From: Acidobacteriota bacterium
GTDB taxonomy: Bacteria; Acidobacteriota; Polarisedimenticolia; J045
Reading direction: 5' to 3'
Length of the DNA: 64,000 nucleotides
NCBI GenBank assembly: GCA_030949985.1
Contig: JAUZRX010000027.1
Coordinates: 19,536-83,535, forward strand
Positions 55,656-64,000 of this stretch are shown piece by piece; positions within the stretch are counted from its first letter, which is position 1, and every line of letters starts with the position of its first letter. A program made the position numbers and the translations under genes. The notes under the pieces were generated by a model, which saw nothing but the letters and a program-made list of their open reading frames with translations, searched no databases and was not told the DNA's origin.

Positions 55656-55934
55656 CTACCCCGCCACCCGGGTTCGGAAGCGCGAAAGGCGTTCGCGCAG
55701 CGCGGCTTCGGCCACCAGTTCCTCGCGCTCGGTCCGCTCGATCAGTTTCGAGAGATGATCCGCCGGAGACGGCACCGGGGCCGGGGGGGCCGGCGCGGCC
55801 GCCGGCGGACGGTCCGCCGCATCGGACGCCGGGCGACGACGACGGCGCGCGGGCGCCGCACCCCGTGCGAGAACCATCAGCGAAACCAGGATCAGGACGT
55901 TGAAAATCAACTGCAGCAGCAGGAAATCACGCAT
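55656..55934 (-). CDS. Hypothetical 92-aa single-pass membrane protein embedded in the flagellar operon
   Basis: ATG at 55934, 2 nt after the fliN stop. N-terminal TM MRDFLLLQLIFNVLILVSLMVLA, a Pro/Ala-rich linker and a charged helical tail. Confidence 0.5.
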   Translation of the reverse strand: MRDFLLLQLIFNVLILVSLMVLARGAAPARRRRRPASDAADRPPAAAPAPPAPVPSPADHLSKLIERTEREELVAEAALRERLSRFRTRVAG

Positions 55935-55936
55935 GG

Positions 55937-56308
55937 TCAGACCACCTCCAACATCGAGTCGGAAACCAGCTCCCTGACGCGGAAGGCGAACCTGCCGTCG
56001 ACCACCACCAGGTCACCCACCGCGTAAGGACGGTCCTGCACGTAGAGCGTGACCACGTCGTCTCCGTCGGGTCCGATCGGAACGGCGTCGCCGACCCGCA
56101 CCTGCAGGACCTTCTCCAGTTCCCAGTTCAGGCGCCCGAGTCGGACCTCGATGGGCAGTTCCAGCCGGTCGAGCATGCTGATCTTGGCGATCTCACCCAG
56201 GCGGTAGGCTTCGCCCTCCAGGGAGGCCGTCTCGGATCCGGGGTTCGGGTCGACCACGCGGGTCGAGCCTTCCTCGCTGGTGGCGTCATGCTTGGTTTCG
56301 TCGTTCAT
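55937..56308 (-). CDS. fliN: Flagellar motor switch protein FliN (SpoA domain)
   Basis: LELPIEVRLGRLNWELEKVLQVRVGDAVPIG...VVTLYVQDRPYAVGDLVVVDGRFAFRV. Confidence 0.85.
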   Translation of the reverse strand: MNDETKHDATSEEGSTRVVDPNPGSETASLEGEAYRLGEIAKISMLDRLELPIEVRLGRLNWELEKVLQVRVGDAVPIGPDGDDVVTLYVQDRPYAVGDLVVVDGRFAFRVRELVSDSMLEVV

Positions 56309-57264
56309 CAGCTCGCCTTCTCCCGGGGCGGCGCCGCCGGCGCGCCCGTCAATGCACTCACTTCGAAGATCCGCTCCCGTCCCTGCCGCTTGAGGGTTCC
56401 CTCAGCCAGCAGTTCGCCGTTGAAGCGCAGGGCCAGGCCCTCGTGCTCGAGGACATCCAGTTGCAGCACCTGGCCCGGACCGAGTCGCTGGAGATCCGCC
56501 AGCGTCGCCCGGGCCCCGTGGATCACCGGCTCGACGCGAACCGGCACCCGGACCAGCGCGGCTTGCAGTTCCTCGGGCGGAGGACCGGGGTCCCCCCGCC
56601 GGCGGTCCGCCACCAGGCGGTGAATCAGCACCGGGGTCAGCAGCAGCCGACAGGCCGCGTCACCGTGGGGCGTGCTCATCAGGAATTCCGCGGCCGCCAA
56701 GGTGCCACCGCGGGTGGCCAAACGACCGAAGATCGGGTCGCGGTCCAGGCCGCCGCCATGTATCGGCGACAGGGCGGTCTGGGTATCGAGGTGCCGCGCC
56801 ATCCGGCGCATGGACTCTTCGAGCAACCGCTTTTCCACGTTGGACAGCGAACGGGCCCCCTGGGGCACCGCTCCATCACCACCCTGCACGCGATCGAGGA
56901 TCGAAAGCGCCAACTCCGGCTGGAGGGTGATCCCGCCCACCGGCTCCTCGTGGGTGTCGAGCAAGACCCCCAGCGGCTCACCGGGAGCGAGGGTTCCGAG
57001 CACCGTCGTCGCCGGCTGCTGAGAAATACCGGTGAATCTTCCCTTGACCGGTTTGTCCGCGATCAGCAAGAGGCTCAGGACGTCCGCCAGGCAATGGGCC
57101 AGCTTCTCACACGCCGCCTGCACGAGGGCCAGCCGGTCGCCGGCCAGCACCAGCGGGGCCCGCAAGTCGTAGAGGGTCTCTCCCTCCAGCGCCGGTTGCT
57201 CGACATCCGAGTCGAAAGAGGACAGGAGGGCATCCACCTCATCCTGGCTGAGCAGACGACTCAT
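56308..57264 (-). CDS. fliM: Flagellar motor switch protein FliM
   Basis: MSRLLSQDEVDALLSS (the LSQxEIDALL CheY-P-binding type N-terminus). Middle and C-terminal SpoA-like domains. 318 aa. Confidence 0.85.
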   Translation of the reverse strand: MSRLLSQDEVDALLSSFDSDVEQPALEGETLYDLRAPLVLAGDRLALVQAACEKLAHCLADVLSLLLIADKPVKGRFTGISQQPATTVLGTLAPGEPLGVLLDTHEEPVGGITLQPELALSILDRVQGGDGAVPQGARSLSNVEKRLLEESMRRMARHLDTQTALSPIHGGGLDRDPIFGRLATRGGTLAAAEFLMSTPHGDAACRLLLTPVLIHRLVADRRRGDPGPPPEELQAALVRVPVRVEPVIHGARATLADLQRLGPGQVLQLDVLEHEGLALRFNGELLAEGTLKRQGRERIFEVSALTGAPAAPPREKAS

Positions 57265-57427
57265 GTTTCACACTCCAACGCAGACTGCCGCAGCTTCTCC
57301 GACAGGCAACGGGGCGGGCTCGGAACTTTCTTCGCTTCCTCTTCCCTGCGGCGCACACAGCGGGCCAGCGCCAGGAGCTTGCGACTGCGCCGGGACGCAC
57401 GCAGGATTCTTGTTCGAAGACTCGCGT

Positions 57428-58192
57428 TCATGGGGCACACTCCGGCAGGGTCAGCCGATCACCGACGCGGGCACGAAGCCGGGAGACCGCCCGGGTGTGG
57501 ATCTGACACACCCGTGACTCGGTCACCGAGAGCACCTCGCCGATTTCCTTGAGGGTCAGTCCCTTTTCGTAGTAGAGGCTGAGTACCAGCCGCTCCCTCT
57601 CGGGCAGGTTCTCCACCTCCTCGACGAGCAGGGCCTTTTTCTCCTTTTCTTCCACGCAGCCGAGGGGGTCGAGCCCCGGATCGGCAGGATCGCGGCCCTC
57701 CTCTTCGGCCCCGGGCAGGGCACTGAGACGCACGCCACGGGCCTGCATGTAGAGGTCTTGCAGCTCCTCGATGCTGATTTGCAGCTCCGCGGCGATCTCC
57801 TCGTCGGTGGCCGGTCTTCGCTGCCGCCGCTCCACCGCGGTGATCGCCTGCTCGAGCTTGCGGGCCGCCCGCCGCAGTGACCTCGGAGCCCAGTCTCGTC
57901 CGCGCACTCCATCGAGAATCGCTCCTCGAATGCGGGATTCCGCATAAGTCTTGAACCGTACGTTGTGCGCGGGGTCGAAACGGTCGACCGCTTCCATCAA
58001 CCCCAGCAGCCCATCTCCCACCAGGTCGTCGAAATCCACCGGACCGGCCAATCGCGACCCGATGCGGTGAGCCAGGTACTTGACCAGTGGGGCATGGGCC
58101 AGCAGCAGCTTCTCCCGCTCGGGAGATCCCGCCACGCGGGCCTGGGGGGTCCACTCGGCGTTGGGATCGACAAGGGGGGATTCGTGGTTCAC
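57428..58192 (-). CDS. fliA: Flagellar sigma factor FliA (sigma-28, FliA/WhiG family)
   Basis: Region 2 (LVGDGLLGLMEAVDRFDP...FKTYAESRIRGAILD) and region 4 HTH (LTLKEIGEVLSVTESRVCQIHTRAV). GTG at 58192 preceded by GGAAGGAAAGG, 13 nt after the flhG stop. Confidence 0.85.
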   Translation of the reverse strand: MNHESPLVDPNAEWTPQARVAGSPEREKLLLAHAPLVKYLAHRIGSRLAGPVDFDDLVGDGLLGLMEAVDRFDPAHNVRFKTYAESRIRGAILDGVRGRDWAPRSLRRAARKLEQAITAVERRQRRPATDEEIAAELQISIEELQDLYMQARGVRLSALPGAEEEGRDPADPGLDPLGCVEEKEKKALLVEEVENLPERERLVLSLYYEKGLTLKEIGEVLSVTESRVCQIHTRAVSRLRARVGDRLTLPECAP

Positions 58193-58205
58193 TGCCTTTC
58201 CTTCC

Positions 58206-59096
58206 TCAGTGCATGAGCTGCGCAGGCCTTTCATCGCTCCTCCAGCCATCGTCGACGGCTCCTCTCATGCGTCCTTCCACTCGTGTCGTGATCGTCGCGG
58301 CCAGGCGCTCGAAACAGCGGCTGGCCGGAGCGAAAGGATTCGAAAGCACCACCGCGCGCTGCCGCCGCGCCGCCTCGGCCACGGCCTCGTCCAGGGCGAT
58401 CCATCCATCGAAATCCACGACCCGGCCGAGAAACTTTTGCGCCGCCGTGGCAAGACGATGATGTACCCGCCGGGCTTCTTCCTCGCTGCGCGCGCCGTTG
58501 ACCACCAGGCCGACTTCCCGGGTCAGGCGATGTCGCAGTGCGACCTTGAGCGAGGCATAGGCGTCGACCAGGGCCGTGGGCTCGGGCCATGTGACCAACA
58601 GCACTCGATCGGCCAGCAGCAACATCCGCGTCACCTGGTCGCTGATTCCCGCCGCCGTGTCGATCAACAACACGTCGCAGTCCTCGCGCAGACCTCGAAG
58701 CTGGTCGACGAAGCGGTAGAGATCACCCGGCGACAAGGCCGTCAACTCCGGCAGACCCGATCCGGCGGGAATGATCCGCACACCCAGGGGTCCCTGCTGG
58801 ACGATCTCGGTGAGAGGCAGCCCCTCGGCGAAAAAGTGCTCGATGGTCTTCTTCGGTACCATGCCCAGCAGAACGTCCAGGTTGGCCAGGCCGAGATCGG
58901 CGTCGAGCAGAGTGACCCGCAGCCCCTTGCGAGCCAGCGCAAAGGCCAGATTCGCCACTACGGAAGTCTTCCCCACGCCACCTTTTCCCGAGGTGATCGC
59001 CAGCGTCAGGGTGCGAGCCGCGCGGTCGGTGAGTCTTCGGCGTGCGTCCTTCCCGGCCTGTTGAGCAGGATTCTGAGGTTGCTTTTCTTGGGTCAT
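58206..59096 (-). CDS. flhG: MinD/ParA-type ATPase FlhG (FleN/YlxH)
   Basis: Deviant Walker A LAITSGKGGVGKTS and LLDADLGLANLDVLLG. Position between flhF and fliA. Confidence 0.85.
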   Translation of the reverse strand: MTQEKQPQNPAQQAGKDARRRLTDRAARTLTLAITSGKGGVGKTSVVANLAFALARKGLRVTLLDADLGLANLDVLLGMVPKKTIEHFFAEGLPLTEIVQQGPLGVRIIPAGSGLPELTALSPGDLYRFVDQLRGLREDCDVLLIDTAAGISDQVTRMLLLADRVLLVTWPEPTALVDAYASLKVALRHRLTREVGLVVNGARSEEEARRVHHRLATAAQKFLGRVVDFDGWIALDEAVAEAARRQRAVVLSNPFAPASRCFERLAATITTRVEGRMRGAVDDGWRSDERPAQLMH

Positions 59097-60082
59097 GCTC
59101 GTTGTCTCTCCTCGGGCATCGGCAACGCCCAGGCTGCCAGTCGCTTCACGTCGGCGTGTTCGAGGTCGTCGGGAATACGCGGCCCGCAGCCCAGGTGGGC
59201 GAGGGGCATGCGGGCCCGTGCGAGGGCACTGACCAGCGGACCGCGCCGGACGGCTTCGTCGGTTCGGGTGGCGCCCACGGTCCCCGGGGCCAGGGGGCGA
59301 AAGCGCTGCAAGGTGTCGGCCATGCTGGCCAGGTCGTGATCCGCCGCCAGCAGGAGTTCGATTTCCTCCCTGGCGACACTTTTGAAGAGGCCCACCAGGT
59401 GATCCAGCAACTCGCCGTCACCCCGGCTGACGCCCGGCGTGTCGACGATCACCGCGCCCTCGGAGCCGGCCCGGCGCCTGATGGCTTCGAGATCGTCGGC
59501 GCTGCGAGCGAGGTGAAACGGCACACCGAAGACGCGGGCGTAGCCCTCGAGCTGCTCGGCGCCCCCAAGGCGCCGATCGTCGGCGGATACCAGCACCACG
59601 TTCCGTCGAGCCGCCAGGTGCCGCGCCGCCAGCTTCGCGCAGGTGCTGGTCTTGCCCACGCCCGGGGGACCGACGAAAACCCGCAGGCTGGTACCGGACG
59701 GAGTCTCCTCCCGTGGCGTACTCAGCCAGAGGGCGAGCAGATCCCGGGCGTAGCCCAGCACCCGGCGACGGTCCTCGAGCACCTGCTCGTCCAGGTTGGC
59801 CTGGGCCGCGGCAGCAATACGTTCGGCCAGGAAATCCGAGTAGCCTTCGTTTTCGAGGGACTCCGCGAGCCATCCGACACGCCCGCCGACAGCGGCCGGA
59901 ACCGAAGGTGCGGCGGCGCCGGGGGACACCCGACTCGCCCCGGGGCGCTCGGCGGCGGCCAGGACTTCGACGCCGTCGGCGGTGCGCCGGGTCTCGAGTA
60001 TCGCAGCGTCCTCTCCCAGGGCCTGCTTGACCTGGTCCAGGGCCAGGGCGCAAGAACGGGCACGAAATCTCTTCACCAGCAT
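59093..60082 (-). CDS. flhF: SRP-type GTPase FlhF (short form, 329 aa)
   Basis: VFVGPPGVGKTSTCAKLAA (G1), DTPG (G3) and a TRTDE-like G4 region. ATGA overlap with flhG. Confidence 0.8.
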   Translation of the reverse strand: MLVKRFRARSCALALDQVKQALGEDAAILETRRTADGVEVLAAAERPGASRVSPGAAAPSVPAAVGGRVGWLAESLENEGYSDFLAERIAAAAQANLDEQVLEDRRRVLGYARDLLALWLSTPREETPSGTSLRVFVGPPGVGKTSTCAKLAARHLAARRNVVLVSADDRRLGGAEQLEGYARVFGVPFHLARSADDLEAIRRRAGSEGAVIVDTPGVSRGDGELLDHLVGLFKSVAREEIELLLAADHDLASMADTLQRFRPLAPGTVGATRTDEAVRRGPLVSALARARMPLAHLGCGPRIPDDLEHADVKRLAAWALPMPEERQRA

Positions 60083-60083
60083 C

Positions 60084-62132
60084 TCAGGCCACCGTTGCCG
60101 CCGCGCGCAGGGTCACGTCGGCGGGAATCTCGAGGGTCGAAAGAACGGGGGTGTGGGGCATGTGGGGTCGCAACAGCGTCGCCAGGTAGGGGCGCAGGGT
60201 CGGGGAGGTGACGACTGCGGCCTGGCCGCCGGTTCCCGCCACGGCCGTGGTCACCCGCTGCACCAGCTCGCGGGCGCGGGACGGCGAGAGCGTCGTTCCG
60301 TCCTCACCGGCCAACGCCTCGGTCAGCTCGGCCTCCAACTCCGGGGCCAGGGCCACGGCCTGGAGTACGCCCTGGGGTGTTTTCAGGCTGTCGGCGAGAG
60401 TCCGCCCCAGGGCGCGCCGGGCGTGTTCGACCAGGGCCTGGGTATCGCGCACGGAAGGCGCGTGGTCGGCCAGGGTCTCGATGATCAGCGGCAGATCGCG
60501 GATCGACACCCGTTCACGCAGCAAGCCCTGGAGCACGCGCTGCAGTTCGCCGATGGTCATCCGCTCGGGGATCAGCTCCGCCACCGCCTTGGGATGGGTC
60601 TTCTGCAGGGTCTCCACCAGGTGCGCCACATCCTCCCGACCCAAAAGGTCCGGTGCGTGGCGCTGGATGACTTCCATCAGGTGGGTTGAAAGTACCGACG
60701 GCGGATCCACCACGGTGTACCCGGCACCCCGCGCCTCGTCCGCCTTCTCGGGCGAGATCCACACCGCCGGCAGGCCGAAGGCGGGGTCGGTGGTCTTCTC
60801 GCCCTCGATCTGCCGGGTGGCGCCGGCATCGAGAGCCAGGAGCTTGCCCCGGGGAATCCGGCCCTCGGCGATCTTCACCCCCCGCAGCAGGATCTGGTAG
60901 CGGTCGGGGGGAAGCTGCAAGTTGTCCCGCACACGCACCGCGGGCAAGACGAAACCCATTTCCGTGGCGACCTGCCGACGCAGTCCCTTGATCTTGTCCA
61001 GAATGCCACCGGAACGGTCCGCACCGACGGCGGCAATCAGGTCGTAACCCACCTCGACACAGAGCGGGTCGATGGTCAACAAGGGCTCGACCTCTTCCTC
61101 CGTCTCGGGGGCGGGTTCGGCCGCCGCCGCTTCCTCGGCGATCTCCTCCGCCTGGCGCCTGCGGTCACCGACCCGGGCGGCGGCAAAGGCCACGAAGCCC
61201 AGCACGATGAAAGCCATCTTGGGCATGCCGGGAATCAGGGCCAGGGCGAGGAGGGTCCCGCCGGCGATGCGCAGCGGCCGGGTCGACATCAGGATCTGGG
61301 AGATCACGGCCTCGCCCAGCGACTGCTCCTGGGCGGCGCGGGTGGTGATCACGCCACCGGCCACCGCCACCAGCAGCGCGGGAATCGCCGAGACCAGCCC
61401 GTCGCCGATGGTCAGCACCGAGTAGGTTTTCACCGCCTCGCCGAGGGGCAGACCTTTCTGCAGCACGCCGATCAGCAGTCCCGCACCGACGTTGATCAGG
61501 GTGATGATCAGCGAGGCGATGGCGTCACGCTGGGTGAAGCGCACCGCACCATCCATGGCTCCGAAGAACTCGGATTCCTTCTGAATCGCCTCACGCCGAC
61601 TGACGGCCTCCTTCTCGGTGATCAGGCCGGCGCTCAGGTCGGCGTCGATGGCCATCTGCTTGCCCGGCATGGCATCGAGGGTGAAGCGGGCGATGACTTC
61701 CGAGATGCGGGTCGAACCGTGGGCGATGACCACGAACTGTACGACCAGCAGCACCAGGAAGACCACCAGGCCGACGACGAAAGAGCCGCCCACCACGAAC
61801 TGCCCGAATGCCTGGATCACGGCGCCCGCCGCACTGGTGCCCACATCACCCCGCAGCAGGATCAGCCGCGTCGAGGCGATGTTCAGCGCCAGGCGGTAGA
61901 GGGTCAGGAGAAGCAAGATCGAGGGGAAGGCCGAGAACTGCGTCGGACCGGGCACGTACATCGCGGTGAGCAGCACCACTATCGCGCCGGCGAAATTGAC
62001 GGTGACCAGCAAGTCGAGCAGGGGCGTGGGAAGCGGCACCACGATCAGGGCGAGAGTCGCCAACACCGCCAGCGGCAGCACGAGATGGGCTTGGGAAGAG
62101 CCGCCCATGGTTTGACTCGTCGCGCCGGTCAC
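60084..62132 (-). CDS. flhA: Flagellar export apparatus protein FlhA
   Basis: N-terminal polytopic domain with the FPSILLLLTLYRLALNIASTRLIL signature and a large cytoplasmic C-terminal domain. The start is GTG 62132 or ATG 62108. Confidence 0.95.
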   Translation of the reverse strand: MTGATSQTMGGSSQAHLVLPLAVLATLALIVVPLPTPLLDLLVTVNFAGAIVVLLTAMYVPGPTQFSAFPSILLLLTLYRLALNIASTRLILLRGDVGTSAAGAVIQAFGQFVVGGSFVVGLVVFLVLLVVQFVVIAHGSTRISEVIARFTLDAMPGKQMAIDADLSAGLITEKEAVSRREAIQKESEFFGAMDGAVRFTQRDAIASLIITLINVGAGLLIGVLQKGLPLGEAVKTYSVLTIGDGLVSAIPALLVAVAGGVITTRAAQEQSLGEAVISQILMSTRPLRIAGGTLLALALIPGMPKMAFIVLGFVAFAAARVGDRRRQAEEIAEEAAAAEPAPETEEEVEPLLTIDPLCVEVGYDLIAAVGADRSGGILDKIKGLRRQVATEMGFVLPAVRVRDNLQLPPDRYQILLRGVKIAEGRIPRGKLLALDAGATRQIEGEKTTDPAFGLPAVWISPEKADEARGAGYTVVDPPSVLSTHLMEVIQRHAPDLLGREDVAHLVETLQKTHPKAVAELIPERMTIGELQRVLQGLLRERVSIRDLPLIIETLADHAPSVRDTQALVEHARRALGRTLADSLKTPQGVLQAVALAPELEAELTEALAGEDGTTLSPSRARELVQRVTTAVAGTGGQAAVVTSPTLRPYLATLLRPHMPHTPVLSTLEIPADVTLRAAATVA

Positions 62133-63247
62133 CGCCTATCTCCCTTGTCCGATGTTTCGAGTTCTTTCTCGGTATGGGGCCGATACACGCCGGAATGGCG
62201 GCCGAGAACGTAGGCGAAGACCTCCGCCACGGCCCGGTAGAGCTCCTCGGGAATGGCGGCGCCCAGCGGACAGAGCCGTTCGAGAGCCCGGGCCAGGGGC
62301 GGATCCTCGACGATCGGCACGCCGTGGCGCCGCGCTTCTTCCTTGATCCGCCGGGCGAGCTCATTGATACCCTTGGCCACCACCACCGGCGCCGCGAAAT
62401 CGCCCTTGTCGTACTTCAGGGCTACCGCCACGTGGGTCGGATTGGTAACCACCACGTCGGCCGTCTTCACCGCCGACATCATCCGCTTGCGGGAAGCCTC
62501 ACGCTGCATACCGCGAATGCGGCCACGAATCTGCGGATCTCCCTCGTTCTCCTTGTGCTCGTCCTTGACCTCCTGCTTGGTCATGTAGAGATCCTGGTAC
62601 CAGCGATAGCGGGTGAAGGCGTAGTCGATGACAGAGATCGCGGCGCCCAGCAGGAACGCGCGCGTCAGGATTCGACCGACGATGGTCGCCGCCTGGTCGA
62701 AGATCCCCGAAGGCGCGGAAAAGGCCAGGGCGGAGATCTTCGTCCACTCCGGTATGACGACCATCGCGGCAAGCAGGCCGTAGAGCAACAGCTTGACCAG
62801 AGCCTTACCCGCCGCGAAGAGCTTCTTGACGTCGACCAGTTTCTTCATCCCCTCGACCAGGTTGATCTTCTTCAGGTCGAACTCGATGGGATTCTTCTTC
62901 GGGTGGAATCCGGACTGGGCGATCTGGCCCAGGATCGCGAAAACCACCAGGGCGCCGAGCAGCGGCGCGAGCAGGGAGAGAGCCACGACCATGCTGTTCA
63001 GGCACCGGTCGAGCAGTACCGCGGGCCCGTGGGCCCGACCCACCTCGATCAGCGCCGAGCGGGTGTTGGCCAGCAGGCCGGTGAGGAAGATACCGCCGCC
63101 GAAACTGGCCCAGAGCAGGAAGACCGCCAGGCTCACGGTCTGGCCCACGTCCTCGCTGCGGGCCACGTTGCCCTTCTCGAGCGCCTTGCGCAGCTTGCGA
63201 CCGGTCGGTTTTTCGGTCTTCTGGCTCTTGCTCTCCTGGCCCGCCAT
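62129..63247 (-). CDS. flhB: Flagellar export switch protein FlhB
   Basis: EKPTGRKLRKALEKGNVARSED N-terminus and the NPTH autocleavage motif (VVVTNPTHVAVAL). Confidence 0.95.
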   Translation of the reverse strand: MAGQESKSQKTEKPTGRKLRKALEKGNVARSEDVGQTVSLAVFLLWASFGGGIFLTGLLANTRSALIEVGRAHGPAVLLDRCLNSMVVALSLLAPLLGALVVFAILGQIAQSGFHPKKNPIEFDLKKINLVEGMKKLVDVKKLFAAGKALVKLLLYGLLAAMVVIPEWTKISALAFSAPSGIFDQAATIVGRILTRAFLLGAAISVIDYAFTRYRWYQDLYMTKQEVKDEHKENEGDPQIRGRIRGMQREASRKRMMSAVKTADVVVTNPTHVAVALKYDKGDFAAPVVVAKGINELARRIKEEARRHGVPIVEDPPLARALERLCPLGAAIPEELYRAVAEVFAYVLGRHSGVYRPHTEKELETSDKGDRR

Positions 63248-63258
63248 ATCCCCTCCCC

Positions 63259-64000
63259 TTACCCGCCCAGGGCGCGCAGCAGCGCGCCGGCGTCAGTCAT
63301 CGAGCCATCGATCGACTCGACGATGAGAGGCAGGAGAATCTGCAACGACAGGCCCACGGCGAGCAGACCGAAACCCAGCCGAATCGGCGCTCCAACGACG
63401 AGGATGTGCATCTGCGGCACGGCCCGGGCGACGAGCATCAGGGCCGTGTCGACCAGTAGACCGGAGACGATCACCGGGGCGGCCAGGCGCACCCCCAGCA
63501 CGATCATCCTCCCGGTCAGCGAAATGGCGCTGGCGACCCAGGGACCCTCCAGGCTGGCGGTTCCGACGGGCAGAAGGGTGTAGGAACGGGCCAGCACGGC
63601 GACGAACTGGCGGTGACCGCCGATGGCCAGGAAGGTCAGAATGCCGAGCAGTCGGTAAAGCACGCCGAGCATGGGCAGGTTGAGCTGAGTGATCGGATCG
63701 AGCTGGTTGGCGATGGCCAGCCCCGAGGAGTAGCTCGCCACGCCGCCGGCGTAGAGCGCGGCATCGATCACCATCCTGCCGGCGAATCCCAGCAGGAAAC
63801 CCACCAGCGACTCCGTCAGCACCAGCCGTAGCAGGCCCACGTCGGGATCGGGGGCCGGCACCACGGGTGCCAGGAGCAGCACGAGCATCACGGCGAAGGC
63901 CACCCGCAGCCGCACGGGAACGCCGCTGCCTCCCACCAGGGGAGCGATGGAGACGAAGGCCAGGGCCCTGATGGACAGGGCCGCACCGGCGATGGCGGTC
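63259..64000 (-). CDS. fliR: Flagellar export apparatus protein FliR; 5' end outside the window
   Basis: Polytopic membrane protein upstream of flhB. My translation of 63937-64000 stays open in frame (TAIAGAALSIRALAFVSIAPLVGG...), so the true start lies beyond base 64000. Confidence 0.8.
   Translation of the reverse strand, partial: TAIAGAALSIRALAFVSIAPLVGGSGVPVRLRVAFAVMLVLLLAPVVPAPDPDVGLLRLVLTESLVGFLLGFAGRMVIDAALYAGGVASYSSGLAIANQLDPITQLNLPMLGVLYRLLGILTFLAIGGHRQFVAVLARSYTLLPVGTASLEGPWVASAISLTGRMIVLGVRLAAPVIVSGLLVDTALMLVARAVPQMHILVVGAPIRLGFGLLAVGLSLQILLPLIVESIDGSMTDAGALLRALGG

Noticed and set aside
57265-57427. Sigma-54 or sigma-28 promoter upstream of fliM
   Set aside because: The best sigma-54-like string on the minus strand (TGGCGC-TGGCC-CGCTG) has the -12 GC out of register and lacks TTGC. 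No GCCGATAA-like -10 element is present. No promoter is called.

Overview
Visibly high-GC bacterial chromosomal segment (roughly two-thirds G+C by eye, not computed). It is densely coding. Many long ORFs in the track are antisense shadow ORFs and were discarded. All family assignments rest on motifs I recognise in the translations. No database search was possible, and taxonomy cannot be fixed from this window.

Layout:
- (1) 0-5 kb: redox and metal genes. These are a YyaL-like thioredoxin-domain protein, a 2-Cys peroxiredoxin, a frameshift-decayed vWA gene and a permease-HMA metal transporter.
- (2) 5.1-10.3 kb: a scrambled accessory islet bracketed by a 183-bp direct repeat of the 3' part of a cystathionine gamma-lyase gene. 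It carries IS21 and IS66 remnants, an 844-aa secreted protein with about ten 29-aa tandem repeats, a small secreted partner and a K+ channel gene without a canonical start.
- (3) 10.3-22.9 kb: core metabolism. This covers a transsulfuration pair, Ppx/GppA, ApaH, SixA, an M49-like peptidase, SpeA/SpeB and a CBM9/DUF5916-like protein.
- (4) 23.0-30.4 kb: a tightly packed six-gene minus-strand operon. It has two NHL beta-propellers, three multihaem c-type cytochromes (4, 11+1 and 9 haem motifs) and a ~600-aa predicted outer-membrane beta-barrel. This is the most interesting candidate in the window, a possibly uncharacterised porin-cytochrome-type electron conduit.
- (5) 30.6-36.8 kb: a TetR-TolC-MFP-RND efflux operon with a clear operator-like inverted repeat.
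- (6) 36.8-42.1 kb: an HDOD protein, an LtaS/sulfatase-like membrane enzyme and a 7-repeat FG-GAP protein flanked by Cys-rich motifs.
- (7) 42.1-43.0 kb: an IS66 left end plus tnpA remnant abutting the terminator of a tmRNA gene (tag ANNDYALAA).
- (8) 43-64 kb: a flagellar region. motA-motB-fliL lie on the plus strand, with a near-consensus sigma-28 promoter. On the minus strand, in transcription order: fliR-flhB-flhA-flhF-flhG-fliA, then fliM-fliN-two orphan ORFs-flgF-flgG-flgA-flgH-flgI-flgJ(N)-flgM-flgN-flgK-flgL-fliW-csrA-HDOD. Many junctions in this string are ATGA/GTGA overlaps.
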